Positions 12,355 to 22,342 of a DNA stretch of 64,000 bases are shown in pieces; position 1 is the stretch's first letter, and each line of letters begins with the position of its first letter. Made by a program: the position numbers and the translations under genes. Source of the DNA: Rhizodiscina lignyota (lineage: Eukaryota); the NCBI GenBank assembly GCA_010015805.1, contig ML978136.1, positions 496,001 through 560,000 of the forward strand. The letters are read 5' to 3'. The notes under the pieces are model-generated. The model did no database searches and was not told the DNA's origin. It worked only from the letters and a program-made list of their open reading frames with translations.

Positions 12355-13997
12355 TCAACGGATATCGTTGGCCTGGGACGGATTTCCATTCATCAGAAAT
12401 GCGTTCACGGACTGCAGCGTTGCCCTTGATGGCTGAGCATTCGGACAGGAGGCTGCGATCCAGCTCAATCGATGCCGAATAACGTCTTTCGTAATGGGCA
12501 TGCTTTTCTCAATCCTTCCGGCCCGTAGAGACAAGTCGTTGTTCGACACTTCGGATACTGCTTGAAGACACAGCAGAGCGAGCGCAACGCCAAGGGACAG
12601 GTCTGTTCCTGTCTGACAGCAGACGAGAGTTCTCGGAGGAAGTGAATTCGGTTCCAGGCATGTGTGGAGTTTACTGAGCTCTTCTCGAAGATCTCGACTG
12701 CCGAGTTTGTGCCCGCGGCATTTGAGATACAGATACCGTTTCTGCATGCGATCTGCAACCTCGCAGTTAGGTGTGATACTGCAGTGAATAATGAGATCGA
12801 ATGCTTCGTATTTTAGGCGGTCATGGAGAACTTGATCGTGTGCGGTGTAAAGCCATGTCGTATTCCGAATCAGAGTAGGGGTCGCAGCGGTTACCGAGTG
12901 AGGACCACTCGAGCCATCCATGAGCTCTTGAATTAGAGCAGGTAATGAGTCTTCAGAAGCATTCAGTAGAATCGTTTGATTTTGCCAAAATACGTCCGCA
13001 GAGAGTCCCAGGGACCATCCTTCATTGTCGTCGCCAGCGCCTTGAATGTACCCATCAGCGGCAACATCACCCTCAGCTACCCGCCGAGATGACGTGCAGA
13101 GGATGATTGGCAGGAAATCCGTAAATTGTGGAGGTTCTACTGGGAGGGACGAGTCTTGCGTAACCCATAGGGGTCGCAGTGGCTTTTTGATCAACTTCCG
13201 AAGGCCTTCGACATCTAGCTTGATGCCTTGCAATTGGTCAGAGAAATGTGACAGAAGCGACTTGACCTGATCGTGCTCAGAGGATGAAACACAACGAGGT
13301 GGCGTATGGAGAGCATGAGCATCCCGCAGCTGAGGAAAGAGAATGCGATTCAAAACGGCGCACCATATTGGGACGGTCTTTGACAATGCATCCGGCATGA
13401 CTACCTGACTCGTTAGCTCGTTATTAAGACTCTTCTAGAGCGATTGTATTGCGACTAATTGTGTTCAAGATTTTAGACGACATCAGAAAATGCACAGTGT
13501 AGAAGGATGACGAGTTCGATGAAACTCATTTGCGGCGCACAGATTGTAGCTTTCCAGGAATTATGAGACAGCACATACCCTTCCCTCTGCGAGTGGAGTC
13601 AACAATAATGCAGCTAATTTCAAATATCAGCAAAATGAAATCATCCGTGAGTACTATATCGAGCTTACCCTCCAGCCTCTGCGATGACTTCTAGTAGCTG
13701 CAGATTCAGTCTCCGAAGGCTAAACGCCCATGTGCCTGCATGGCCATCTGTGCTCTTGAAGTACACACGCTCTCTCCTTCTCTCCGGCGGAATATACCAA
13801 CTGCCACATCGCTCATTTGCTATGAGGGGTAAACCGTACGCGCCTGCCACTTCTTGTACGAAGCTCGCGTCGGCTTGGATTGACCGCAAGCGATTTGGGA
13901 TGGACAAGGTTGAGCGCCGAAGAGATCTAAGTACTTGGCCAAGCGAGCTGGTGGGAAGGAGAACATCTTCCAGGCCATCGTAGTCTCGAAAGTCCAT
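12355..13997 (-). CDS. RIT1: Initiator tRNA A64 2'-O-ribosylphosphate transferase
   Basis: NRLRSI, LIANERCGSWY, YFKSTDGH and FSLRRLNL in exon 1. Short exon 13579-13613 (CIIVDSTRRGK). Then MPDALSKTVPIWC, YIQGAGDD and PSRATLQSVN. Introns 13614-13668 and 13401-13578. Confidence 0.95.
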
Positions 13998-14975
13998 GTG
14001 TAAAATCGTGTTTCTTGTTTCTCGTTCAAGTGAGGCGGCGGGTGTCCATAAATACCTTTACGTATCTGGCCCGTGCACAGCACGGATGTACCTAGTTTTT
14101 TCCCTCTTCTCTACGTTCTTTGCGATTCTTGTCAGGCTCCTGATGTCCATTTGCCCTCGCGACTAGATATGCATTGGACTTTACATACAGGATAATTTGT
14201 GTGCTCTATTCATGCTTCGTTCGTAATCTTCTTCAGCTGGGAGAGAGTTTTAAGTCGAGACTTCACCATCACTGGTGCCGGTCCTAGCGAGAACAACGTT
14301 TGTTTGCAATGGTCAGTAGACAGTTCATCACTGTGGGAGTACATAAACGTCCTTCTTGCATCTTCTCGGTTTCCATCAGCATTCCGTCTGGTGACACGAG
14401 AGGCGTACAAAAGCTGCGGCGAAGCTGCAACCGAAACAGGATAGAACCCCCGAGTGTCGACTCTGGGCGACAAGACCACCGGACTCAAATTGATCATGAA
14501 TGTTGGCCACTTCGCCGGTACACGAGGAAAGATAGATAGTGTTTTACGTTTGAGAGACGGTAATACCACACTATCTCGACAGAAAATACGTTTTTGCATT
14601 GGCTTCCAACATCAGCGAAATTCTACTGATAGAATGTAACAGATGGCTATTCTTAACGACCTGACCAACCAAAGGGACGCGGTCGAGGAAATATCGTAAT
14701 CTTCTGCCAGGGTGGCTTAAACCTTTCTAAGTCAGGCTACGCAATCAATGTTTTTATCTGCATCTTGTCTAGGCAGTATTCTCTCAGCATGTTCATTAAT
14801 CTCGTAATCATTCCCACCCTTTCGTTGAAATTGCCCGCTTGAGTGATCTAAGCGACCGATTCGGAAACGCCTAGGGCTGACTAATGAGACCGCAAATACA
14901 ATTAATGGCCGCTCGAGACTCTTCAGCTGAGTTCTTGGGTTGTGTAAATCAGCAGAAGAGTGAATTGTTGCACAC

Positions 14976-16718
14976 ATGTCGCAGAATTCAAAGAAGACCA
15001 AGGGCTGCTGGACCTGCCGAAGTACTTCACCTCTTTGCTAATATTCGGCTTCACCGCTGACCATTTTCAGGCCGAAAGGTTCGATGCGATCTTACATTGC
15101 CCACGTGCTCAAACTGCCTTCGAGCCAGTCGAAATTGCCAATACGGTCTACGACTATCATGGCCTCGGGAGGGTGATAGACGACGAAGCATCGTGTCTCA
15201 GAAGAGTGCGATTCCACGTTCTCATGCTGGACGCGAGGACTTGGACCCGCATGTCTTCAATATCGGCTCTTCTGATATTGCACTGTATCTCAATCTAGCC
15301 TATCGCCAAAGCTGTAGCACGGTAGAAGATGGTTCAGACGGACAATGGCCGTCTTGGATTGATGCTCACGGCTATCCGGTTGATCGCATACCGCGAGGGC
15401 TTCACTGGATCTCGCCTGATCTGGGTAACGTTGACAGTGTCTTGTTGTCATATTGTACGTTCAGGGCCATTCGTTCCTCACACATTACTAATTCACCAGA
15501 TGAATCTGTCATTGCAACAATGTTCACTTCAGTAGACGACATCCAATTCCGTGGGCTACTCGTAGCGATGTCTTTCATCGACAACTCTCCGTCATCCTCC
15601 GGCGTCCTTCAATCCGTGTATGCTTTGTCCGCCTTACAACTGTACGGAAAAGGAAACGCGGCACAGTACAAGGATGCCGCTCTAGCAGCACTTGAGCTGT
15701 CAACAAGACAAGCCCTGACCACAAAAGACAGACTGCAGCATATCGCTGCGAATTTGCTGTTGTGCTCTTACGAGGTCTGTGCAACACCAAGAACTGATAG
15801 GGTATTGTTTTTGACAATCTTTAGATATGTACTTCGCCTGAGTCGCCTTGGGCAATGTACATGTGTCACGCCAAGATCCTTGCCGAGGAAGTGTTCTGTC
15901 TCGACCAGACATACGAGGGCGATTTCCTTGTCATACTCCAATGGATATTCCATCATGACGCATTTTCCAGGTTCTCCGTCCGTCACTACGACAGGAGAAC
16001 ACCGAAAATGATAGCATGTGCTTTCAACGATCAGATAAGACGTAGGGCGCTGTTTTCGGGCAACAATACTCAGGTAACCTTCCCGTAGCACTGATCACCA
16101 TCTTAAGCGGAGGCAGTGCCTGACTTGTCATAGGTCAGCAACGTGGTCGGGTGTTCAACGGAAGTCCTGAGCAGCATTGCAACGCTTTTCAACACTGTTG
16201 TGGATCACGATGACCCGCAATTTAATTCACTGGAACGAATAGAGATTTTAAATACCATTGAGCGAAGTCTTGCATATTGCTCGCAACATGTCGATGCGAG
16301 AAATTATGGAGACGCATCGATCCAACCAGATACGGCCGCAAAGGTAGCGGAGCTCTACCGCCTTGCTGGCTTGGTATATCTGTACCGTGCAGGAAGAGGG
16401 ATGCCAGCAAACGCTCCCAAAGTACGCAACGCCGTCGAATCTGGCCTGTCAATACTCGCTACTCTCAATAAGCTCGACCGCGCATTCCCATTTGTCATTC
16501 TGGGGTGTGAGGCAAGGACCGATGAGGAGCGCCTTGTCGTATTGGACCTTCTTCGACGAAACCAAGCTCAGAAGGAGCTGGGCACTTCCAGTCGGGCCCA
16601 CTGGTTTATCCAAACATCTTGGGCGCAGGACGACCTTCATACCGAGAAAGAGGTGAATTATATTAGAAAGCTTGACGCTATAATCAGCTTGGGCAACGCG
16701 CCGCCCTCTTTTTCCTAG
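14976..16718 (+). CDS. Zn(II)2Cys6 transcription factor with C-terminal fungal-specific TF domain
   Basis: MSQNSKKTKGCWTCR, intron 15022-15070, then SRKVRCDLTLPTCSNCLRASRNC completes the six-Cys binuclear cluster. C-terminal AELYRLAGLVYLYR and FPFVILGCEARTDEER. Further introns at about 15456-15499, 15775-15825 and 16074-16133. Confidence 0.92.
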
Positions 16719-17935
16719 GGTACGAGAGTCTCGACAAACTGGATTATTGAGGCGATGTGATTCGAGGTACGACTTGGAAGGTATGGGAATGCCTCCACGA
16801 CTCGGATAAAGGCCAAGTCCCTTGCGAACCATTCAAAATCGCTTGCCATGTGGAAACGAAACCAGTCACGCCTGAAATCATCTGATCTACGGTGTGTTAA
16901 CCTCAGCGCCGTAGCATGAGAGTTAACAATGCCTGAGGACCTCGAAAACGCCCTGCATGTGCAATCACTTCACGAGATACATAACTCTTCACGATGGAAA
17001 TTTAACTCTCCATACGGTCTGGTTTTATCATATATGATATCTGCGGTATATCGACAGCTGGTATCATGGGATAATTTAAGGACGAGGAACTGTTCTAATT
17101 TGGAGTAAACCTGGCGGGAGAAGAGTCGGCCCAACGGTCCATAGACAAAGAATGATGACATTCTACTCCATGCTCCGCATGGCCTCCATAATGGAGATTT
17201 CGGTCTTTCGGTAATTGTCCGTGCAATGGGCTTATTAAAGTCCGATCTGCTTTGTATATCGATTGGTTTCAATGACGGAGCGGAGCTTTTGCCACAGGCG
17301 CTATGCCTAACTCGTCCTCATACTTTCCTCATCGGTCTAAAGGTGACCTTTGAAAATACCACAAGGTTTTTCCAACCGATTACTCTGTGCTTATTCAAAA
17401 GTCAGACTTAAACTGATGAGGAAAGTATGGAGACGAGCTAGGAATAGCGTGCGTGGTAGTGGCTCCACAATCTTTTAAAAGCAGCACACAAAGAAAGCAC
17501 ACAATTTTCCATAAGGTATGGGCTCTGTTTTAGCCGAAGTTGGTCCGTTCGGGTGCTTACCTTGTAGCCTGGAGCTGGAGAGATCAAACTTTAGTTCGCG
17601 TCGATGCACAATCCCGTAGTTCAACTTTTGATCGGAAGCCCTGCGTGAACTGAGCAGCAACCCGCCTTGTTGGTCATTTCACAGTTTCGGGTACTATGGG
17701 CAAGCAAGCCAATTCTACTCTACGGAGCAAGTCTTCCTTATCTCCAGATCTGCGATGGATTCCTTCGCGAGCTTCTCTTGATCCGCCCACGCTCACAATT
17801 GGATTGCTTTACCAGCATCTCCTTCAATATGTATAAAGCCATCATCATCTCTTTTGCAATCTTGGTCTCTTACTACCTCAACCATTTCTCATCTCCCATC
17901 TCGCCTACATTCAATCGTAGACAAAGGCGAACACG

Positions 17936-18907
17936 ATGCATACTGGCTACCACGCTCTCATCGGCTCCGCAGCCAAAATTCCTGTCAATTCCACTAAGCC
18001 AATTACTTGCTTTAGCCCGGTTGTCCTCCGCGTTCCAGATCGTGCTGTTGACCTCGAGCTACGTGTGACTGCCCCTTCAACCGGGGATGCCCTCCCGATC
18101 ATCCTTCTCTCTCACGGCCACGGGCGCAGCAACTCGCTTTCATCGTTGGAGGGATACGCGCCTCTGTGCGAGTTCTGGGCAGCGCATGGCTTTGCAGTGC
18201 TGCAGCCCACGCACCTCAGCTCGGCATTCCTGGGGCTTAAGGCACCCGAGGGCCAGGAGCTCTTCTGGCAGGACAGAGCGAAAGACATGGTGCGCATCCT
18301 CGACAACCTCGACGACATCGAGGCCGCTGTGCCAGGGCTAGGGGGCCGCCTCGACCGCACCCGGGTGGCAGTCGCAGGCCACTCAGCCGGCGCGTGGACA
18401 GCCAACATGCTCCTCGGTGCCGGCAACACAGACCCACGGGATGGGTCATCATGGCACGAGCCTGAGACTCGTATCAAGGCCGGTGTCGTCCTTGCTGGCA
18501 TCGGAAATGGAGGCGCAGATGTCTCGGATTTTGGGAGAGGACTCATCCCATTCTATAATGCAGACTTTAGCACAATGACGACTCCAGCGCTAATAGTGTA
18601 CGGCGATGAGGATGTTAGTCCACACTTGACTGTCCGCGGTGCCGACTGGCATGCCGACCCATATGCACTAGCTCCTGGACCGAAAGATCTGCTTATGCTC
18701 AAGGGCGCAAAGCACGGGCTCGGAGGCATCAGTGGGTGGGATGCGGGCGAGACGTTGGATGAGAGTCCGGAGCGGTTGGGAGTAGTGCAAAGAATGACAT
18801 GGGCGTATCTAAGGTCTCAACTGTATGATGGGGACAAGGCATGGGCAGAGGCATGTAAGACTTTCGAAGAGCTTGAAGGACAGGGAATGGTTGAGAGTAA
18901 AAGCTGA
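17936..18907 (+). CDS. Alpha/beta hydrolase (chlorophyllase / PAF-acetylhydrolase-like)
   Basis: Intronless 323-aa ORF with LPIILLSHGHG, FWAAHGFAVLQPTH, a VAVAGHSAG (GxSxG) nucleophile elbow, VYGDED and HGLGGISG. Confidence 0.9.
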   Translation: MHTGYHALIGSAAKIPVNSTKPITCFSPVVLRVPDRAVDLELRVTAPSTGDALPIILLSHGHGRSNSLSSLEGYAPLCEFWAAHGFAVLQPTHLSSAFLGLKAPEGQELFWQDRAKDMVRILDNLDDIEAAVPGLGGRLDRTRVAVAGHSAGAWTANMLLGAGNTDPRDGSSWHEPETRIKAGVVLAGIGNGGADVSDFGRGLIPFYNADFSTMTTPALIVYGDEDVSPHLTVRGADWHADPYALAPGPKDLLMLKGAKHGLGGISGWDAGETLDESPERLGVVQRMTWAYLRSQLYDGDKAWAEACKTFEELEGQGMVESKS

Positions 18908-19533
18908 GCCAAGCTCCCGCATTATATTGTCAGCAAATGATGCACAGATAAGTAGTTCCTGCGCGAGTATTTGTGGTCTCGGAATCAACAGAGTTTGTTT
19001 GTCAATCTAGGTATCTTTGTGATATCTCAAATACCTCGAGGTATATAGACCTCCAGAGTAGCTAGCTCTCTCAGTCAAGCATGTTACTCTGATCTTCAGA
19101 ATTATATATAGTACAACACTCTTCGACTCCTTGGCGAGCAAAATAGTCTTGAATGTGAGCAGAGGTCTGTGAATGCCTTTGGTGTTTATCCCTCGCGATG
19201 ACGTCCGAGTCTCGAGCCGGGAAACCAACCACACCACCTTTCTTACTGCTCCAAAAACACCCGACTCAACACTAAACGTGATCTACTTCTCGACAATCGA
19301 TCAGCCAGTGACTCACCATTACTCTATTTCAGTATCCAGAACAGAACTTTCCGTTTCGTTGCCTTTCTAAGGTGAGTAGATGCTGCCATGTTTTGCAACT
19401 GCTACTGTTAGCTTTCGCACCTTTGAGTTTTTTGCAGCATTCTCACGCATTGAGCGATGATAACTTACACCTTCCTCCTGCCAGAAAAAGCCGAATCCTT
19501 CTAAGCCAGTCTTCCCAAGTCCGCACAACAGCA

Positions 19534-20928
19534 ATGGAATCCCCTACTCCGTCGGTTTCACAGGCGGTTGACGGCCTCTGCCAACTCGACCTCGAGGAAC
19601 AGCGAGACAGCACTGTCCCATTCCGCTTCCTCGATCTGCCATCAGAGCTCCGTAATGCCGTGTACCGAGTCGTCCTTCTGGAATTGCCCCGCCCGCAATT
19701 CAATCCCGAGTTCACGGCCCACTGCACTGAATGGTATCCATTCTGGGACCACCAAGACGACTCGAATGACGGGGAAATGAATCCGCATTGCGCATACCTC
19801 CACAGCTTCCCGTACGCCGTGTTTGCGGTCAACCGACAAGTGCGCGAGGAAGCTCTTGATATCATCAACTCCGCAAAGCATACCTGGATAATTTTGCGGA
19901 GCAACCTATCGGGTTATGCGTCTCGACTCTCTGCCAAAGGCTTCCCTATTGCCTTTACAGGACCTGTGAATGGTATCAAGCATCCACTGGTGACATTGGA
20001 GCTTGTACTTCCTGAGATCTCCCCTCGGTATCCATTCGATTCTTTCGCTGTTCCAGCGCATTGGATGTCGCAGCTGGTGCGCGCAATAAACGTGACCGAC
20101 GAAAAGCCTGGTGCAATACTCACTGTCACTTTCCATGAACTCCCGGGCGCGAAGTTTTCTCCGGCACCATTGCCGGATCTGGTAGCTACTTTCAGCAACC
20201 TTTATGAAATGCGCCAGGTGAAGGTCGCCGGTGTCGATAACATTTTAAAGACGAATAACCCATCGTGGAACGAAAGGTTCCCGCTCGGCATAGCTGGCTT
20301 CCTGTCCTGCGGAGAGAGGCTGCCCTCTCCAGGATATGTCCTCGAAATGCTCAACCGTGTCCGGCCTCATGGTAGAACGCTCTGCAACGAAGGATGCTGG
20401 TATCAGGCTCTCGAGGCCTACGTTGATGCTCTAGCTCTGATCCGCGACTATGGCACTCTTCATCCAGACCTGTTCTTCCGCGGATCTCGTGCAGTCCAAC
20501 GCGACGTAGCCGAGCAACTCGCCTTGTTCGCCTCCAATGCTGGACTTTGCATGTATAAGCTTGGCTTTCTTGACACGTCAATTGGATTCCACGAGCTAGC
20601 CATACGGGCCCTCCGCAACAAGAAGAACTGGAGGGCCAAGGTTTTCTTTCGCCGTGGCATCACGTACGCTGCGCTCGACCAGCACCGGCGCGTGGCTATT
20701 GATCTCTTGAACGCTCACCGCGATGGCGGCCAGGACGATGCAGTCGTGCGAGAGCTACAGTCCGTCAAGACGAAGCTTGCCGAGCTGTATCCGACCGCGA
20801 GGGATCCTCTGAAGGAGTGCAAATCGGAATACAGAGTGTTCTTGCTGTCTCAAGGCGTCAAGTGCAGCCCCGCAGATCCCCTTGGAATCAACCCCTCGTT
20901 CGAATATCCGTATGATTATGATTCATAG
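19534..20928 (+). CDS. F-box-like protein with C-terminal TPR-like helices
   Basis: Probable ATG at MESPTPS. PFRFLDLPSELRNAVYRVVL is an F-box-like motif. C-terminal SNAGLCMYKLG...AKVFFRRGITYAAL resembles TPR repeats. Confidence 0.75.
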   Translation: MESPTPSVSQAVDGLCQLDLEEQRDSTVPFRFLDLPSELRNAVYRVVLLELPRPQFNPEFTAHCTEWYPFWDHQDDSNDGEMNPHCAYLHSFPYAVFAVNRQVREEALDIINSAKHTWIILRSNLSGYASRLSAKGFPIAFTGPVNGIKHPLVTLELVLPEISPRYPFDSFAVPAHWMSQLVRAINVTDEKPGAILTVTFHELPGAKFSPAPLPDLVATFSNLYEMRQVKVAGVDNILKTNNPSWNERFPLGIAGFLSCGERLPSPGYVLEMLNRVRPHGRTLCNEGCWYQALEAYVDALALIRDYGTLHPDLFFRGSRAVQRDVAEQLALFASNAGLCMYKLGFLDTSIGFHELAIRALRNKKNWRAKVFFRRGITYAALDQHRRVAIDLLNAHRDGGQDDAVVRELQSVKTKLAELYPTARDPLKECKSEYRVFLLSQGVKCSPADPLGINPSFEYPYDYDS

Positions 20929-21269
20929 TAGGACTTTACTCCACGAGCTTTACTCTTGCGGCTCCCTGGAATAGTCAGCGAACCATTCATGGGTCAATGC
21001 AATCTGGTGGCGAAACGAGATATGTAGACGTACAGAGGAAATCAAAGCACGGTATTCAAAGGGGAATTGATTGAAATACGGAGAGGTTGTGGAAGGAAGG
21101 AGATGAATGAACTTCACGGGGTGACGGGGCCAGATACCACTTGGGAGTAGGATTAATAATCAATCAATCAAGTTTCCAGAGATATTCTCCTTCGCGTTGC
21201 AGAACCAAACTCGTTCTTATTGCGGCGGTTCGGTCGAGCCAGCTCAGCTATTTTGTCACCGTCGTGCTA

Positions 21270-22245
21270 GCTTGGCGCGGAGTCTCTATGACGCTGTTAG
21301 ACTCCACCACTCACACCGGCAAAATACGAAGAAGCTAGTTTCCGGCGAGCGAACGAGAAGTGCTGAAGGCGACGGTTATAGAGTGGCTCCGTAGACTGTG
21401 CTTTCGCGGGAAACTAGCTCCTTAGTACTTTTATAGAGCCTCTCCAACCCGCGAGACTTGAGATATTCGTACTGCTCGGGTCTCCTCCACAAGCGATTGC
21501 GCTACCTGTTCTGTGTGCGGGTCGAGGTGATCGGTCTAGATTGCTCCGCACTTCGTCGATGTCCTACATGCTGTACTCCGTCAATATACAAGTATTAAAA
21601 GGCCGTCATACGAGTGAGTGGGTAACTAACCTCGGCCAATCCCTTATAACCCAAACCAAGCAAATTCCCCGAAGGCGTTGCAAGATGTTTCAGCAGGTTA
21701 CGGAAGTTTGAAAAGAAAGAAGACAAGTGCCAGCCAGTAAAGGCCAGCAATACCGCTTTCACAAAGTAGCAGCAAAGGGCCTTTAGAAACAGGGAAGAGA
21801 AGGAGCGTATGGTTGGCTTTTCGCACTCATCATTTATCTATTAGTCTTACAACCTCACAACTGCGGCACTCATGTCCTCTTTCTATCCTTCACTCCTTTT
21901 CACCCGCAGGCCCTTTGCGCTGCCGCAGAGTATATGAGTAGGACGTCGGGCGATCCAGGCCCACAAAACATTCGACGCAAGCCAAACCGTGCTGGACGAA
22001 GTGAGGAAAAATGCCGCGGGCGACCGACCAACAGGAAGAGAAGATTAGAATCGAATCGCAAGAGTTTAGAAGAACAAAAAGCAAAACTGCTCAAACAAAA
22101 CGCCATTTCGTGCATCGTGCGCTTGAGAGGGAAAAACATCTGTGCGCCTTAGTTGTACATGCTGTGAAAGAGCCGCCGTTTCGCAGTACGACTTTGACAG
22201 TATCGGTATTGCATGCACTCGCCCCCAAAAATCCAAGTCTAACCC
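21270..22245 (+). ncRNA. Large structured non-coding RNA, candidate telomerase RNA (ends not defined)
   Basis: Gene-free interval with nested long-range complementary segments, for example 21454-60/22234-40, 21468-75/22183-90, 21549-57/21995-22003, 21558-65/21940-47, 21772-82/21908-18 and 21333-43/21409-19. G-U wobbles favour the + strand. The order is hairpin, then CCCTTATAACCC, then pseudoknot, all inside an enclosing helix. Confidence 0.7.
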
Positions 22246-22342
22246 GCCGGCGGCCCGAGTTGATGCCTTGATCAGCAGCTGTTGTATTACTGCTTCAATA
22301 TCGCTCTACGTCTTCTGCGCTCTGAGGCCGTGCAAAGTAGAC

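Noticed and set aside
13401..13578. 178-nt RIT1 intron as a possible box C/D snoRNA host
   Set aside because: A CTGA is present, but no convincing RTGATGA box C or terminal stem was seen.
14199..14950. Several short ORFs between RIT1 and the Zn2Cys6 gene
   Set aside because: No motifs or consistent splice model; treated as divergent promoter sequence.
21520..21580. The - strand reads GTAGGAC...GCAATCTAGACCGATCAC, superficially like the RNase P RNA CR-IV/CR-V region
   Set aside because: No matching CR-I (GGAA.TTCGGT-like) partner was found upstream on that strand, and the G-U pairs in the surrounding helices indicate a + strand RNA.
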